From the human T2T-CHM13v2.0 reference genome, Homo sapiens, in assembly GCF_009914755.1 (NCBI RefSeq), contig NC_060940.1: a stretch of DNA of 64,000 bases; one strand, written 5' to 3'. Positions 30,865 to 49,262 of this stretch are shown in pieces. A program made the position numbers and the translations under genes. The notes under the pieces are model-generated. The model did not search any database, had not been told where the DNA came from, and worked only from the letters and a program-made list of their open reading frames with translations. Within the stretch, counting starts at the first letter, position 1; each line of letters opens with the position of its first letter.

Positions 30865-31631
30865 TGATCTGCCTGCCTCAGCCTCCCAAAGTTGTAGGAT
30901 TACAGGCTTGAGCCACCAGGCCCGGCTGAGCCGGCATACCTTATATGAAGCTGTGGCAGGGACAAGTGGGCTGGGTGCTGACACAAGTGTCCAGAGCTGT
31001 CCTTCTGCTCAGCCAGGGAGGCCGGAGGAACTGATCTGGGAGGCAAAGGGTGCAACTCGATTGATCCAAATATATACGTCCACTCACTGACACTTAGGGG
31101 AGGGGTTCCAAGCAGAGGGCAGGAGGGCAGCACCAGCGAGGATTCCTCAAGTATTGTCATCCCAGGCCTGCAGAGAGGAGAATGGAAGGGTTTTAGGCAG
31201 GGGAGATACAAAGTCATCGCAATCTGTATTCTAGGAGCATCCCCTACTCTGTGGAGATGGGGTAAGGGGAGCAGGATAGGGATTGAGAAGCCGTTGTGGC
31301 TGGGGAGAAGAAAACGAGGTATAGGCCGTGGGAGGAGTGGGGAGGAAGGGTCTGAGGTGCTACCCATCTCTGGCTGGGTCCCTGTCACTGGGTGGCAGGG
31401 AGCAGGGTCTTGGGTATGGTCTGGAACCAGAGGACGTGCACTTGTGGTCATAAGGCTGGGGGAAAAGATTCCAGGGCCCTGGAGAAAGTCAGTGCTTGAG
31501 GTGTGGACAGGAAATTTCGGAGGAGGGCTCAGGCGCCCATGAGGTCAGGAGGCTCTAGACAGAGAGCCCCAGAGCCACCAGAGGAAAAGGAACTCGAGAG
31601 AAAGATGGAGGAGCAAACAGAGGGAGGGGAA

Positions 31632-31691
31632 GGGGGCAGGAGGTGCAGCTCCCCCAAGAGGGGGGGCAGGAGGTGCAGCTCCCCCAAGAGG
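31632..31691 (+). repeat. Perfect 30-bp tandem duplication upstream of the SLC7A6 promoter
   Basis: gggggcaggaggtgcagctcccccaagagg x2. Confidence 0.95.
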
Positions 31692-31849
31692 GGTGGCAGC
31701 CCTCTTGGGAAGATGAGGACAGAGCCCCAGGGAGGCCTGGGGTTGGCAAAGGGAGCCTGCAGTTTCTTTGTGGGTGCGGGGGCCTCAAGGGCTACGAGTC
31801 TGAGCTGTGCGTGTGTTTGGACAAGTCCCCAGAGTGTGTGTCTTCCTGG

Positions 31850-32990
31850 GGTTCCTAGACTGCGAGTGGCAGTCGCCCGGCGGCGGAGGCCGTTTGGATC
31901 CCTGTGTGAGCTGTAGGGGGCGCCCTGGGCGTCGGGCCCAGGTCAAGTGCGAGATAGGAACGGGGTGCGGGGGCCGATGAGAGCTCCCCGCGGGAATGTC
32001 CGCTGTGGACGCCCTCGGAGGCCCCATCTAACTCCAGGGCGGAGAGCGTGGCCGGGCCCAGTTCACGGGCTGCTCGAGCCCTGACGAGGCAGCTGGGGGC
32101 TGTCTGGCGTCCACGCTCACGTTCTGGGCCGGCGGACCCCGTACCGGCCAGGCCGTGGCGGCCACGGGGGCCCGGAAGCGCCGCCGCCAGCTGGCCCCGC
32201 ACGGAACTGTGTCCCGACGCGGCGCGCGCTGTCGCGATCCGGCGGCGGGTGACGTGGCGGGGCGGGGCCTGAGCTGCCGCGGCGGCGGCGGCGCGACCGA
32301 GCATCCTGGCGGCGCCGGGCCACTGGGAGGTAACGGGCTGGGCCATGGGCGGGCGCGCCGGGAGCGGGGCCGGGGCTGGGCCGCGTTCTGTGGGAGCCGA
32401 ACCCTGTGGGTCTTCGCTGCCGCCGTCGGGAGCGGGATGCGGCCCAGAAACAGCGCGGGGCTGGCCGATCGGGGCCGCGCGAGAGGCGCTGCGGGTGAGG
32501 GGGGGCGCCACGAGGAGAGAGGGACCTCGAGCGTGAGGGCCGAGTGTGGGAGAAACGCTGTATGGGTGCGAGCCCCGGAGGCTGATGGTGACCGCGAGGG
32601 AGCCAGTCTTGGGGTGTGCTGGCGACGCGGCGAGTGTGAGGGAGACCGGGGGTGTGTGTGGAGAGGGAAACCCCAGGTGCGAGGGTGACCGGGACGCTGA
32701 GTGCGCGGGCCGCGCCGCGAGCGTGAGACTGTGCGACGGTGACCCTGAGTGGGGCTGTGACTGCGCCTCCGACTGCAGGACGGAGAACCTGTGCTGTGTG
32801 GCGGCCGCGGTGGGGCAAAGAAAGACGCGGGCTCAGGACCTCAGGAGCCAGGCTTCCTGGGGCTGTCGCAAGAATGACGATTATCATTTTAAAATCAGTC
32901 CTTTTACTTTAGAGAATGCCGCAAGGTTTTGTGGCGTGCTGGAGCCTGGAGCGTTGGGCTGCTGGCGCTGGGGAACCCGCGTGCCCCTGG
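31850..32990 (+). promoter_or_regulatory. SLC7A6 CpG-island promoter
   Basis: Dense CpG; TGACGT CRE-like site (~32250) next to GC boxes. Confidence 0.85.
32270..32329 (+). other. SLC7A6: SLC7A6 non-coding exon 1 (start approximate)
   Basis: GAG|GTAACG donor at 32330 inside the CpG island. Confidence 0.65.
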
Positions 32991-33825
32991 TGATTATGGC
33001 TCTTTTGAGCGTCCCTATAGCCTGTCATCTTGTGTGACTATCTCTCCTGAATGTGGGGAGATAGACGTGAAACATTCTGAAAATTCTTTGCTGGGCTCTA
33101 AGCAAACATGTTGTGTAATGGTCAGTATAAATAGGAATCAGGGTGTCGGCGAACACGTTTTTGAGTACCTCTTGTATGCCCTGGGCTTGGTGACACAGTT
33201 AAAAAGAATTCAGTCTCTGCCCTTGATAGGGGAAAAAGCCAGGGCAGCTCATCTCGCAGGGCGGCTGTTCAGTGCCCAGCCATCCGGGGCTTGTCTCTCA
33301 GAACTGCTCCCAGATTTCAGATCTGGGAGGAGCAGACTTGAAAGGCTGTGAGTACTTCCTTATATCAGTTCCACCTCTTTTTGGTGGCGGTGAGGCCTTT
33401 TGGGGACCTGCCCAGGCTGCCTGCATTACTCAGGTCCCATGTGTGCTGCGCAGACGGCTTTTGCTTCCCAACTTTGATCTCAGATCGTTATTCAAGTCGT
33501 TACACTGGAGTTTATTTTCCTGGCAAGTGTGTGGAAAACCACCAGCCTGATTTTCTCCTCTCTTCCTCTCCTTGTCCTCCTTCCCTATTTGGCCGTGGAT
33601 GTATTTTTATTGCATATACCGGTTTTATGACCCCCATCTCCCTGGAACTTCTTAGTAGAAGAAATTTCCTGACCTTTGTGCTTCCTGCTGTAATTTCTTG
33701 GATGTATATTAGTTTCTAAAAAAGTTATGCAGGCCGGGCGCGGTGGCTCAGTCCTGTAATCCCAGCACTTTGGGAGGCCGAGGCAGGCGGATCACGGGGT
33801 CAGGAGATCGAGACCATCCTGGCTA

Positions 33826-34213
<388 letters not shown>

Positions 34214-34345
34214 TTACAAGGAAATATCATTCTGCTGCTTTCTTGGTTAATTAAAAATAATTACATATATATATATATTTAAATCAGCTTTCTCAGGTTA
34301 AAAGAGTTCATTTTTTGATCAGTTCCCTCCCACTCTTTGTTGCAG

Positions 34346-34474
34346 AGTTTATGTGGCCGAGGCAGACAAGTGGAATTAGGCCTTGCTGCAGGGGACTTCA
34401 TTTCCTTCTCAGTACTGGACCCATTTATGAGGAGGTGGCTTATGAAAGTGTGATGTTCGCGTATTTCTTGACAG
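34346..34474 (+). other. SLC7A6: SLC7A6 non-coding exon 2 (possible alternative acceptor giving start 34323)
   Basis: Polypyrimidine tract plus TGCAG acceptor; CAG|GTGAAT donor. Confidence 0.7.
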
Positions 34475-34637
34475 GTGAATATTGTTGCGCTGTCTTTTCT
34501 TTTGTTTGTGTGATTTACAAAGAGTTTTTACTTGTATACAGTGTGAATACAATACTAGTAAACAGAATGGCTTACACATAATTAACAACTCTTTAGTATT
34601 ACATATTAAATAACACTGTAATTTATTATAAAAATAA

Positions 34638-35285
<648 letters not shown>

Positions 35286-35370
35286 TAAGAAAAAGTCCTC
35301 TGTGTTTTCACCATAGTTAAGATTTTGATTCAACCAGAGGGGGGAATAAAAAGATTTTGATGTATTTCTC

Positions 35371-36210
35371 TGTGATATAGCAAAATATTTTTTGGTCTTC
35401 AGCCCGTTTCCTAGCATACAACTCCTAAAATACTTAGAAAGATCAAAGTAATGTCTTTTTGTATGCTGATGGCTGGTGGCTGGCAGCCCCTAGAAAGCTT
35501 CAGGATGGGGGCTGGTCACTGGAAAGACCAAGTCAGGATTAGAGGGTTGGGACTTTGAGCCCTACCCCCAACCTCCGGGGAGGGGAGAAAGGAGGAGGGT
35601 GAGGTTAAGTTGATCACTAATGGCCAGTGGCTTAATCACTCATGCCTATGTAATGAAGCCTCTATAAAAACCCAAGAGGCTGGGGGTTTGGGGAGCTTCC
35701 GGATAGCTGGACATGTGGAGGTTCCTGGATGGTACTTCTCCCTGGGAGGACAAGGAAAGTCTGTGACCCTTCCCCCATATGTGGCTCTGCAAACCTCTTC
35801 ATCTGTATCCTTTGTAATAGCCTTTATAATATACCAGTAAAGGTAAGTAAGTGTTTCTCTGAGTTCTGTGAGCCGCTCTAGCAAATTAATTGAACTGAAA
35901 GAGGAGTCTTGGGAGCCCCAACTTGAAACAGTTCGGTCAGAAGTTCAGGAGGCTTGGATTTGTGCCAGGTATCCTGTTGGGGAGGGGCAGTCTTGTGGAA
36001 CTGAGCCCTTCTGCTGTGGGATCTGATGCTGTCTCCAGGTAGATAGTGTTGGGATTGAACTGGAGGACACTCAGCTGGTGTCCCTGGGGAGAAATGATTG
36101 CTTGTTAGTGGGGAACCCTCCCCCTCCGGCATTTGGTCACAGAACTCTTCTGTGTTGATTATTGTGGTGTGAGAGTACACAGTAAAAATGGTTTTGAGTT
36201 TTTCCAAACA
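35371..36210 (+). mobile_element. Solo LTR, MER21 family
   Basis: Begins tgtgatatagcaaaatattttt; contains ttaatcactcatgcctatgtaatgaagcctc and ctgagttctgtgagccgctctagcaaatt, typical of MER21. Confidence 0.75.
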
Positions 36211-36599
36211 TTCTCAATAGCATTTTTTCCTTTAGTCATTACAAAAATTTTGGTTTCAAATCCACTTTGTAAAACTTCCTTTGTAATCGAGCTTTTCCCC
36301 CCTTTCATCCCGTTTTCTGATGTAATTGAATTGTGATAAATTCATTTATTCCAAAAATTGCTTGTGGCAGTTTCGTGGTTAAATTTTCATGGGGAAATTT
36401 TGGTAGTCTGTTAAATTCCTTTATTACCTGCTGCAGGAGACTGCAGGAATTTAAAATTTTTAAAAATTTTTTTGTTGGCTGGGTGTGGTGGCTCACGCCT
36501 GTAATCCCAGCACTTTGGGAAGCCGAGGCAGGCGGATCACCTGAGGTCCCAGGAGTCCGAGACCAGCCTGACCAATATGGTGAAACCCCGTCTCTACTA

Positions 36600-36755
<156 letters not shown>

Positions 36756-36779
36756 CTAAAAAAAAAAAGAGCAAAAATA

Positions 36780-38600
<1,821 letters not shown>

Positions 38601-39186
38601 CATTTTATATTGGATTTTTTTTTTTTTTTTTTGAAACAGTCTTGCTCTGTTGCCCAGGCTGGAATGCAGTGGCATGATAATGGCTTACCGCAGCCCTGAC
38701 CTCCTTGGCTCAAGAAATACTCCCACCTTGGCCTCCCAAGTAGCTGGCATGTGCCACCGTGCCTGGCTAATTTTTGTATTTTTTGTAGAGATGGGGTCTT
38801 GCTGTGTTGTCCAGGCTGGTCTCGGACTCCTGGGCTCAAGCAATCCTCTTGCCTCAGCCTCCCAAAGTGGTGGATTACAGGTGTGGACCACTGTGCCTGG
38901 CCTAGTTTTTTCTTATTTCATTTTTTTATAGAGACGGAACCTCCCTATGTTGCCCAGGCTACTCCTGAACTCCTGGCTTCAGGCAATCCTCTGGCCTTGG
39001 TCTCCCAAAATACTAGGATTATAGGCGTGAGTCATCATGTCTGCTCCCATTTTATTTGTGCTTTTTGTTGTTTGTTTTTTGAGACAGGGTCTCTGTCACC
39101 CAGGCGGGAGTGCAATGGTGTGATCATGGCTCACTGCAGCCTCAACCTTCTTGGGCTCAGGTGATCCTCCCACTTCAGCCTCCTGA

Positions 39187-39357
<171 letters not shown>

Positions 39358-39539
39358 TGAAGTTTAGATATGGAGAGAAGGTAAGGGATGGCCCTGGGGT
39401 TGTATGTGTAGCCAAGCCAGCCTGGGACTTAGTCATGTGCTCTTGGGAGCTGCTAGGGTTACATCACAATTTTGCTCTTGGGTGTTTAGCAAAGAGGTAG
39501 GAACTTTAACTACTTTTGCCAAGGACAGGCTCTTGATAA

Positions 39540-39674
<135 letters not shown>

Positions 39675-41523
39675 TGAGTAGCTGGGACTACAAGTGCATG
39701 CCACCACGCCCAGCTAAATTTTTTTGTATTTTTATTAGAGACCGGGTTTCACCATGTTGGCCAGGATGGTCTCAATCTCTTGGCCTTATGATCTGCCTGC
39801 CTCAGCCTCCCAAAGTGCTGGGATTACAGGCGTGAGCCACTGCGCCCAGCATGCATTTTGTTACTGAATGAAGATAAAGAAGTCTGGCATGGTGGCTCAC
39901 ACCTGTAATTTCAGCACTTCAGGAGGCCAAGGTAGGAGGATCAGTTGAGGCCAGGAGTTCAAGACCAGCCTGGGCAATGTAGTGAAACACTGTCTCTACA
40001 GACAAATTAAAAAAAAAAATACATAAATAAATAGCTGGGCATGGTGGCAAGCACCTTTAGTCCTAGCTACTCATGAGGCCGAGATAGAGGACTGCTTGAG
40101 CCTAGGAGTTGGAGGCTGCAGTGAGCTATGATTGCATGATTGCACTCCAGCCTGGGTGACAAAGTGAGACCTTGTCTCTTGAATAAAAAAGAGAGAGAGA
40201 GACTGAAAGAGAAAAAAGTCTTATCTGCCTTCAGTTTTGTGTGATTCTGCTACTCTCCTTGGCTGAAGGAGTCCTTAACCTTCCAGCAGGAACTTTGTCT
40301 TTCATTCAGGTGCTGCGACTGAAATTCTAGGCATGAGGTCTTGTGGGGCTGTGACTGTGCCCCACCTCTCTAAATAAGGCCACTGGGTAGTTTCGCCAGT
40401 GTATTTGACAAACCTGATAAAGCCATATCAGCGACACCAGTGCCAGGTTTTATGAATACAAAGGGAATACCTAGTAAGCTCAATCCCTCCTCCCAGCTAG
40501 AGTCTGATGGAATAGGGCGAGCTGTATTGGTCACTGGGGTCAGATTTCTCTGCTTGTCTCCATGTTGACTTGGGTAGAAAAGGCATCCTAGGTCTCTTTG
40601 CACCTGACTCTTATGTGAGACTATAGGCTCCCCAGCTGTGTACTGGTTTTGTTCTAATGGATGCCTGGGCTCACCTGACAGGCACATGAAAACAAATATG
40701 TTTCCAGGTGCCTGCACAGGAAACCTGCATGGCTTGGTGCCAGAGTGAGAGCAAAAGTGGTGCTGCCTTAAAGCTCAGCCTCACTGAAGCAGAGGTAGGC
40801 TGCCTTCACTCCTGGGACTGGGGGAAGGCTTCACTAGGGCCTAGGAGGAGCTTTTTTACTTGGTCTCAGGTCCAGACTTGAAGGGGTTTGGGACAGGGAA
40901 GGCAGGAGTTTTGGGTGGGGACTGTGGAGATCAGCATTTCCCCTAAGAACTACTCACTCTTGACTCTCTGTGGTTTCCTTGCTCTGAGCTCCATGAGGCC
41001 AGATTCGGGCACATCACATACACATTTGTTGAACAGATAAGAGACTTCTGGAAAGATGATGTGCTTGCCGATCCTGTTCCTATTGCTGATTCTTGGAGGT
41101 TATCTCTGTGACCTTAAAGGACTAACTGTTACGTGGGTGGGAATCAAATGGCCCACCAGATTTCTTCTGAAGATGAGATGGGATCAAAGGATCAGAAGTG
41201 TGACTGGCACAGGAGTTGAGGGAGGGAGAAGATCACGCTGGGTGCAGGGTCAGGAAGGTGCTTATTTTCCTTTGATAGATTCTGGGTCCTTCACAGGTAG
41301 GTTAATGTGGAATCCAACATGAGGGGCATGCTGGGGAAGAAAGCAAATACACCAGTGGCAAATTAGCCCTGGGTTGGGATGCCCCTGGATGTCCTTTCTC
41401 TACCCAGTCTTATTACGTAACCCTTCTCTTTCGGGTACTTTGGAAAAAGAAAGATGTGGAATGGGCAAGCAGCAACATGGGAGAGTGAGGTAGGTGTTGC
41501 AGACACAGTGATACCCAGGCATG

Positions 41524-41810
41524 TATTTTTTTTTTTTTTTTTGAGACCAAGTCTTGCTCTGTTGCCAGGCAGTGGCGTGATCTTGGCTCACTGCAACCTC
41601 CGACTCCCTGGTTCAAGCGATTCTCCTGCCTCAGCCTCCTGAGTGGGGATTACAGGTATGTGTCACCACGCCCAGCTAATTTTTGTAAGTTTAGTAGAGA
41701 CGGGGTTTCACCATTTTGGCTAGGATGGTCTCGATCTCCTGACCTTGTGGTCCGCCCGCCTCGGCCTCTCAACATGCTGGGATTACAGGTGGGAGCCACT
41801 GCGCCCAGCC
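41524..41810 (-). mobile_element. Alu upstream of the SLC7A6 first coding exon
   Basis: Antisense Alu consensus with T-tail. Confidence 0.93.
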
Positions 41811-42477
41811 AGGTGTGTATTTTAATGAGGGACTTCCCCTTGGTTTAGTCACTACAATGACTAAACCTGTCTTAGCATCTTCCTCGCCCTTCCCATCACC
41901 TCCTCATGTTCTGTACTGGCCTGAGAGTAGCTGCAGATGTCTCCATGTCTTGCTGGACATTGCAGAAGTCCCAGTTTACATTGGGTAGAGGTGACTGGGC
42001 AGGATTACCTGGGTATGGACAGTGAGAAGCCTTTTAGGCTGGTGATGACTGTGTACCAGGTGCAGGGACTCTGGTCTTCTCTGCAGGGCAGGTTTGTGGG
42101 TTTTAAGCTGGTGAGAACAGAGCAGAAATCTATAACTCAAGGAGAATCCAATCGTTGGACAAATTTAATGCCAGCCTATTCTGGGCTGCAGGACAGGTAT
42201 TTGTCATCAGAAGTCATTATCACATCATGCGTGAGCTCTCATGGTGTCTTTCTTGGGAGCAGTGAAGGTCTACCCACTTCTATTTCCCTGTGTTCTATGG
42301 TGGGAACTGAGACAGGCCTATTGTAGTTAGGGCTGTGTGCATGGCATGCTGTCCCTAAATAGGAAGTGGGCAGGGAAATCTGGTCTAAATAGAGCCTCAC
42401 CAGCTCCTGCCCTAGACTGACATACTTGTATTCTTTGCCAGGCCACAGCAAACACAGGTGTGCAGGAACCGTTTGTC

Positions 42478-43000
42478 ATGGAAGCCAGGGAGCCTGGGAG
42501 GCCCACACCCACCTACCATCTTGTCCCTAACACCAGCCAGTCCCAGGTGGAAGAAGATGTCAGCTCGCCACCTCAAAGGTCCTCCGAAACTATGCAGCTG
42601 AAGAAGGAGATCTCCCTGCTGAATGGGGTCAGCCTGGTGGTGGGCAACATGATCGGCTCAGGGATCTTTGTCTCACCCAAGGGTGTGCTGGTACACACTG
42701 CCTCCTATGGGATGTCACTGATTGTGTGGGCCATTGGTGGGCTCTTCTCTGTTGTGGGTGCCCTTTGTTATGCAGAGCTGGGGACCACCATCACCAAGTC
42801 GGGAGCCAGCTACGCTTATATTCTAGAGGCCTTTGGGGGCTTCATTGCCTTCATCCGCCTGTGGGTCTCACTGCTAGTTGTTGAGCCCACCGGTCAGGCC
42901 ATCATCGCCATCACCTTTGCCAACTACATCATCCAGCCGTCCTTCCCCAGCTGTGATCCCCCATACCTGGCCTGCCGTCTCCTGGCTGCTGCTTGCATAT
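42478..43000 (+). CDS. SLC7A6: SLC7A6 (y+LAT2) first coding exon; exon begins at 42442
   Basis: [10 protein letters not shown]...; IGSGIF TM1 motif, YAELGT, Cys159 (FPSCDPP) in the position of the heavy-chain disulfide cysteine; 523 nt; GTAAGT donor. Confidence 0.97.
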
Positions 43001-43048
43001 GTAAGTGGGGGCTGAGATTGGGAGGATGTTGGGGGGTGGGGGGTACTA

Positions 43049-43419
<371 letters not shown>

Positions 43420-44448
43420 TTACCTTTTGAGGAAGTAATTTTACCAGTCATTTGGTCCTGAGAGATAAGTAAGCATAAAGGATGGGGATGGGAGAAGTTT
43501 GAATCTGTTCGTGGCTTTTGGTGCCTCATATTCCTCCTCTCTTGGCTGCCCTTGTTCTGTTTTGTGGTCTGTGTGACAGGTTGGGGCATGTCTTTTATTT
43601 GTCTTGACAGCTGTTTCGATTGAAGTCAACATTGCTAGTTGTAAGCCCAGAAAAAAACCCCACCAGTGTTGAGGCCTTTATTCTGTTGCTAAAGGAAAAA
43701 AAAAAGAGTTATTTTATTTCCCAGATTTTTATCTTAAACCAGTTAAAGTCATCAGTGAGAAAGTAGGCTTCACTAGACTGTGGGAGTCCTACGGTGTTAA
43801 ACTTCAGGCCCACAGGTCCCTTTCCTGTCTGCCATTGCTGCTCTTTGCGGCTTGCTCTGAGCAGCAGGTACAACAAAACACCTTTTCTTCCTAGTGTATC
43901 AGACTTCTTTACACTGACTTTGTAAACAAGCTCTGCCTGCGGCCACATTTGAGTTTCTGCAGATAGAACCTGAGAGATCTCAGTTGATCCCTCTTTATTT
44001 TCCTTTTTCTCTTATGGGGTAGTAAGGAGAAAAGATTGCTGTGAATTTACCCAGCCTTGCAGAACTAGTGTTTTAAATGAGAAAGACCCAGAATTCTATG
44101 TTCCTTAGCACTGTACTGCCAGAGGTACTTAATAATATTCTGTTCTTTCCACATCTCCGCTTGCAAAAGCATTGGCAGTATATGCAGTTTATCCAGTGTT
44201 AAAAATAGCCTGAGAGTACCTTGGAGTTAGCAATAAAGGACTGTAGAATACCCATGCCTCTTGACTTTATGGAATTTGTTAAAGACAAATTAAAGGGAAA
44301 ACCCTCCATATTCCTTGGGATAGTGAGGGGGAAACGGATACCCTTAGGATTAGGGAAGGCGGCTGCTCAGCTGTATGTCTGATAGGCTTTGGCTAGGGAG
44401 ACTCTGGTCTGACTGAGCTTTCTAAAAAAGGGAATAATTTTCTGATTA

Positions 44449-44787
<339 letters not shown>

Positions 44788-44860
44788 TTAGAAAATTAAA
44801 TTACTCTTAAGTCATCCAAAATCTACCACCAAAAGAAGAGTACTTTTTTTTTTGAGATAG

Positions 44861-45277
<417 letters not shown>

Positions 45278-45407
45278 TAGCCAGGATGGTCTCGATGTCC
45301 TGACCTCGTGATCCGCCCGCCTCGGCCTCCCAAAGTGCTGGGATTACAGGTGTGAGCCACGGCGCCCGGCCTTGTATTATTTTTTAATTAAAAAAAATTT
45401 TTTTTGA

Positions 45408-45566
<159 letters not shown>

Positions 45567-46070
45567 TAGTAGAGACAGGGTTTCTCCATGTTGGTCAGGC
45601 TGGTCTTGAACTCCTGACCTCAGGTGATCTGCCCACCCGGCCTCCCAAAGTGCTGGGATTATAGGTGTGAGCCCCCATGCCTGGCCTATTATTATTATTA
45701 TTATTATTATTTTTCTTTTTTGAGACCTAGTCTTGCTCTGTCGCCTAGGCTGGAGTACAGTGGCTCGATCTCTGCTCACTGCAACCTCTGGCTCACTGCA
45801 TCCTCCACCTCCCGGGTTCAAGAGATTCTCCTGCCTCAGCCTCCCGAGTAGCTGGGAATATAGGTGCGCACCACCATGCCCAGCTAATTTTTGTATTTTT
45901 AGTACAGACGGGGTTTCACCATGTTGGTCAGGATGGTCTTGATCTCTTGACCTCGTGATCCGCCTGCTTTGGCCTCCCAAAGTGCTGGGATTACAGGCAT
46001 GAGCCACCATGCCCAGCCATAAATACCTTTTGAGGTCATCTTTTCTTGTAGGTTGTATACTGCTTTATAA

Positions 46071-46780
46071 TTTTTTTTTTTTTTTTATTGATCATTCTTG
46101 GGTGTTTCTCGCAGAGGGGGATTTGGCAGGGTCATAGGACAATAGTGGAGGGAAGGTCAGCAGATAAACAAGTGAACAAAGGTCTCTGGTTTTCCTAGGC
46201 AGAGGACCCTGCGGCCTTTTTTTTTTTTTGCAGTGTTTGTGTCCCTGGGTACTTGAGATTAGGGAGTGGTGATGACTCTTAACGAGCATGCTGCCTTCAA
46301 GCATCTGTTTAACAAAGCACATCTTGCACCGCCCTTAATCCATTTAACCCTGAGTGGACACAGCACATGTTTCAGAGAGCACCGGGTTGGGGGTAAGGTC
46401 ATAGATCAACAGCATCCCAAGGCAGAAGAATTTTTCTTAGTACAGAACAAAATGGAGTCTCCTATGTCTACTTCTTTCTACACAGACATAGCAACAATCT
46501 GATTTCGCTATCTTTTCCCCACATTTCCCCCTTTTCTATTCGACAAAACCGCCATCGTCATCATGGCCCGCTCTCAATGAGCTGTTGGGTACACCTCCCA
46601 GACGGGGTGGCGGCCGGGCAGAGGGGCTCCTCACTTCCCAGAAGGGGCGGCCGGGCAGAGGCGCCCCCCACCTCCCGGACAGGGCGGCTGCCGGGCGGAG
46701 GCGCCCCCCACCTCCCTCCCGGACGGGGCGGCTGGCCGGGCAGGGGCTGCCCCCCACCTCCCTCCTGGATGGGGCGGCTG
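46071..46780 (-). mobile_element. 5'-truncated SVA retrotransposon (poly-A, SINE-R, partial VNTR), antisense in an SLC7A6 intron
   Basis: Diagnostic ttattgatcattcttgggtgtttctcgcagaggggg 3' end and GC-rich VNTR units; 12-bp TSD actgctttataa at 46059-46070 and 46781-46792. Confidence 0.95.
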
Positions 46781-46952
46781 ACTGCTTTATAAAATTAAAA
46801 AAAAAATTAATATTGGCTGGGCATGGTAGCTCATGGCTTTTGTAATTCCAGCACTTTGGGAGGCTGAGGAGGGAGGATCACTTGAGCACAGGAGTTTGAG
46901 ACCAGCCTGGGCAACAAAGCAAGACCCCACCTCTAAAAAAAAAAAAAAATTA

Positions 46953-47132
<180 letters not shown>

Positions 47133-47256
47133 TCATCAAATACTCTTAGAAAACATGGTTTGAAGATACATAAGCAATCTCCAGGCAGTATAGTATAGTG
47201 GTTAGGATTGCAGGCCTCCATGCCAGACTGGATTTAATTTTCAGCTTTATCATTGA

Positions 47257-47592
<336 letters not shown>

Positions 47593-48436
47593 TAAGTGTG
47601 GGCCCGCCAGCCTCTTTCATTCAACATGTACTTTCATCCAGATTCCTCGGGATCTGAATTCCTGCAGGCTTTCTATCCTAGAAGCACTGGCTTTTCCAGA
47701 ATCTAGGCCTGAGGGCAAGAACTTGCTTGTCATAGTAGTGGCCAAGTCATAAAACCATATTCTCTTCCGACTAGGGTAGGCTTTAGGGTTCAGCTTACTT
47801 CCCTTCTTGGAACTTAGGTTGCAGTATCAGGCTTTCAACAGAGCTAGGATATGCTGAGTCTCCTTGAGTAGAGGCGGCAGTGGGAACAACGTGGTTTCAG
47901 GAGACATAAATTGCACGAAACCAATTAGGTTATTTAGGGGAAAGAAATGAAAGGTCTGCACTGAATCTAGGGTAAGACTTCGGTAGGATAGGAGAATTAA
48001 GTTGGTCTTGAAATTGAGGCATGAGAGGGGTCCGGCTTGTTGGTTGGGAGACTGCCTAAACAAGTTATAGCCACGCCATTCTAGACACTTCCATCCTAGA
48101 AGGGAGGGCCCAGGAAGTCTGTATATAACCAACTCTAGGGCAGAGGCTGCCAGCTGGTGGCCCGTGAGCCAGACTTGGGCCCCAGAGATAGATTTGTTTG
48201 GTTTGTGGTGTTGTAAATAATTTTGAATTAGTTGCCAACATTTGAAAATCAGGACTTGCCTTTTCTCTTGAAAAATCAAAAGTTCAGGCATCATTGGACC
48301 CAAATTCCTGCCCGATAAAATAAGCTGGATTTCAGTAGTCGTAGCTTCTTTAAAAAAAAAAAAATTTCTTTTTTGTTTATTTAAAAGGAGTATCCCTATG
48401 TTGCCCAGGCTGGTCTCAAACTCCTGGCTCAAGTGA

Positions 48437-48702
<266 letters not shown>

Positions 48703-49045
48703 TAGCCAGGATGGTCTTGATGTCCTGACCTCGTGATCCGCCCACCTCGGCCTCCCAAAGTGCTGGGATTACAGGCGTGACCCACGGCGCCCAGCCGGCT
48801 GTGGCTCCTTTTAAATGGAGTATGGACTCCCCAGTCCACTGTAGTCCTCCACTTCTTGTATTATCCCCAGACTTTCTTGCCTTTGCTCACTCATATTACT
48901 TTCCTGGCCTCTGAAGGCACTGCACTTTCAGATCCTGGCTTTCTGGCTGTACCCCATCCCCTTCCCAGGTTATACTGGCAAGGAGATCCAAGCAGCTTTT
49001 TGCAGATTTCAGGCTATTTTATTTTACCTACTAATTATCCTAGAA

Positions 49046-49262
49046 CAGTGGTTCTCAGCCAGAGGGGAGTTTATCTTCCAGGAGACATTTAGCAATATCT
49101 GGAGACACTTTTGGTTGTCACAACTCCTGGAAGGGGGTGCTTTTTGCTTCTAATGGTAGAGGTCGGGGTGCTGCTGAACATACCACCATGCACAGAACAG
49201 CTTCTCACAATAAAGACTTACTTGGCCTAAAATGTCAATAGTGCTGAGGTTGAGAAACTCTG
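49046..49262 (+). mobile_element. MER20 (hAT-Charlie) non-autonomous DNA transposon
   Basis: cagtggttctca...tgagaaactctg terminal inverted repeats, about 220 bp, typical internal sequence. Confidence 0.85.

Noticed and set aside
31855-33037. Several 160-256 aa ORFs over the SLC7A6 promoter
   Set aside because: CpG-island artefacts on both strands
46092-46322. ORF MCFVKQMLEGSMLVKSHHHSLISSTQGHKHC...
   Set aside because: Standard SVA SINE-R-derived ORF, not a gene
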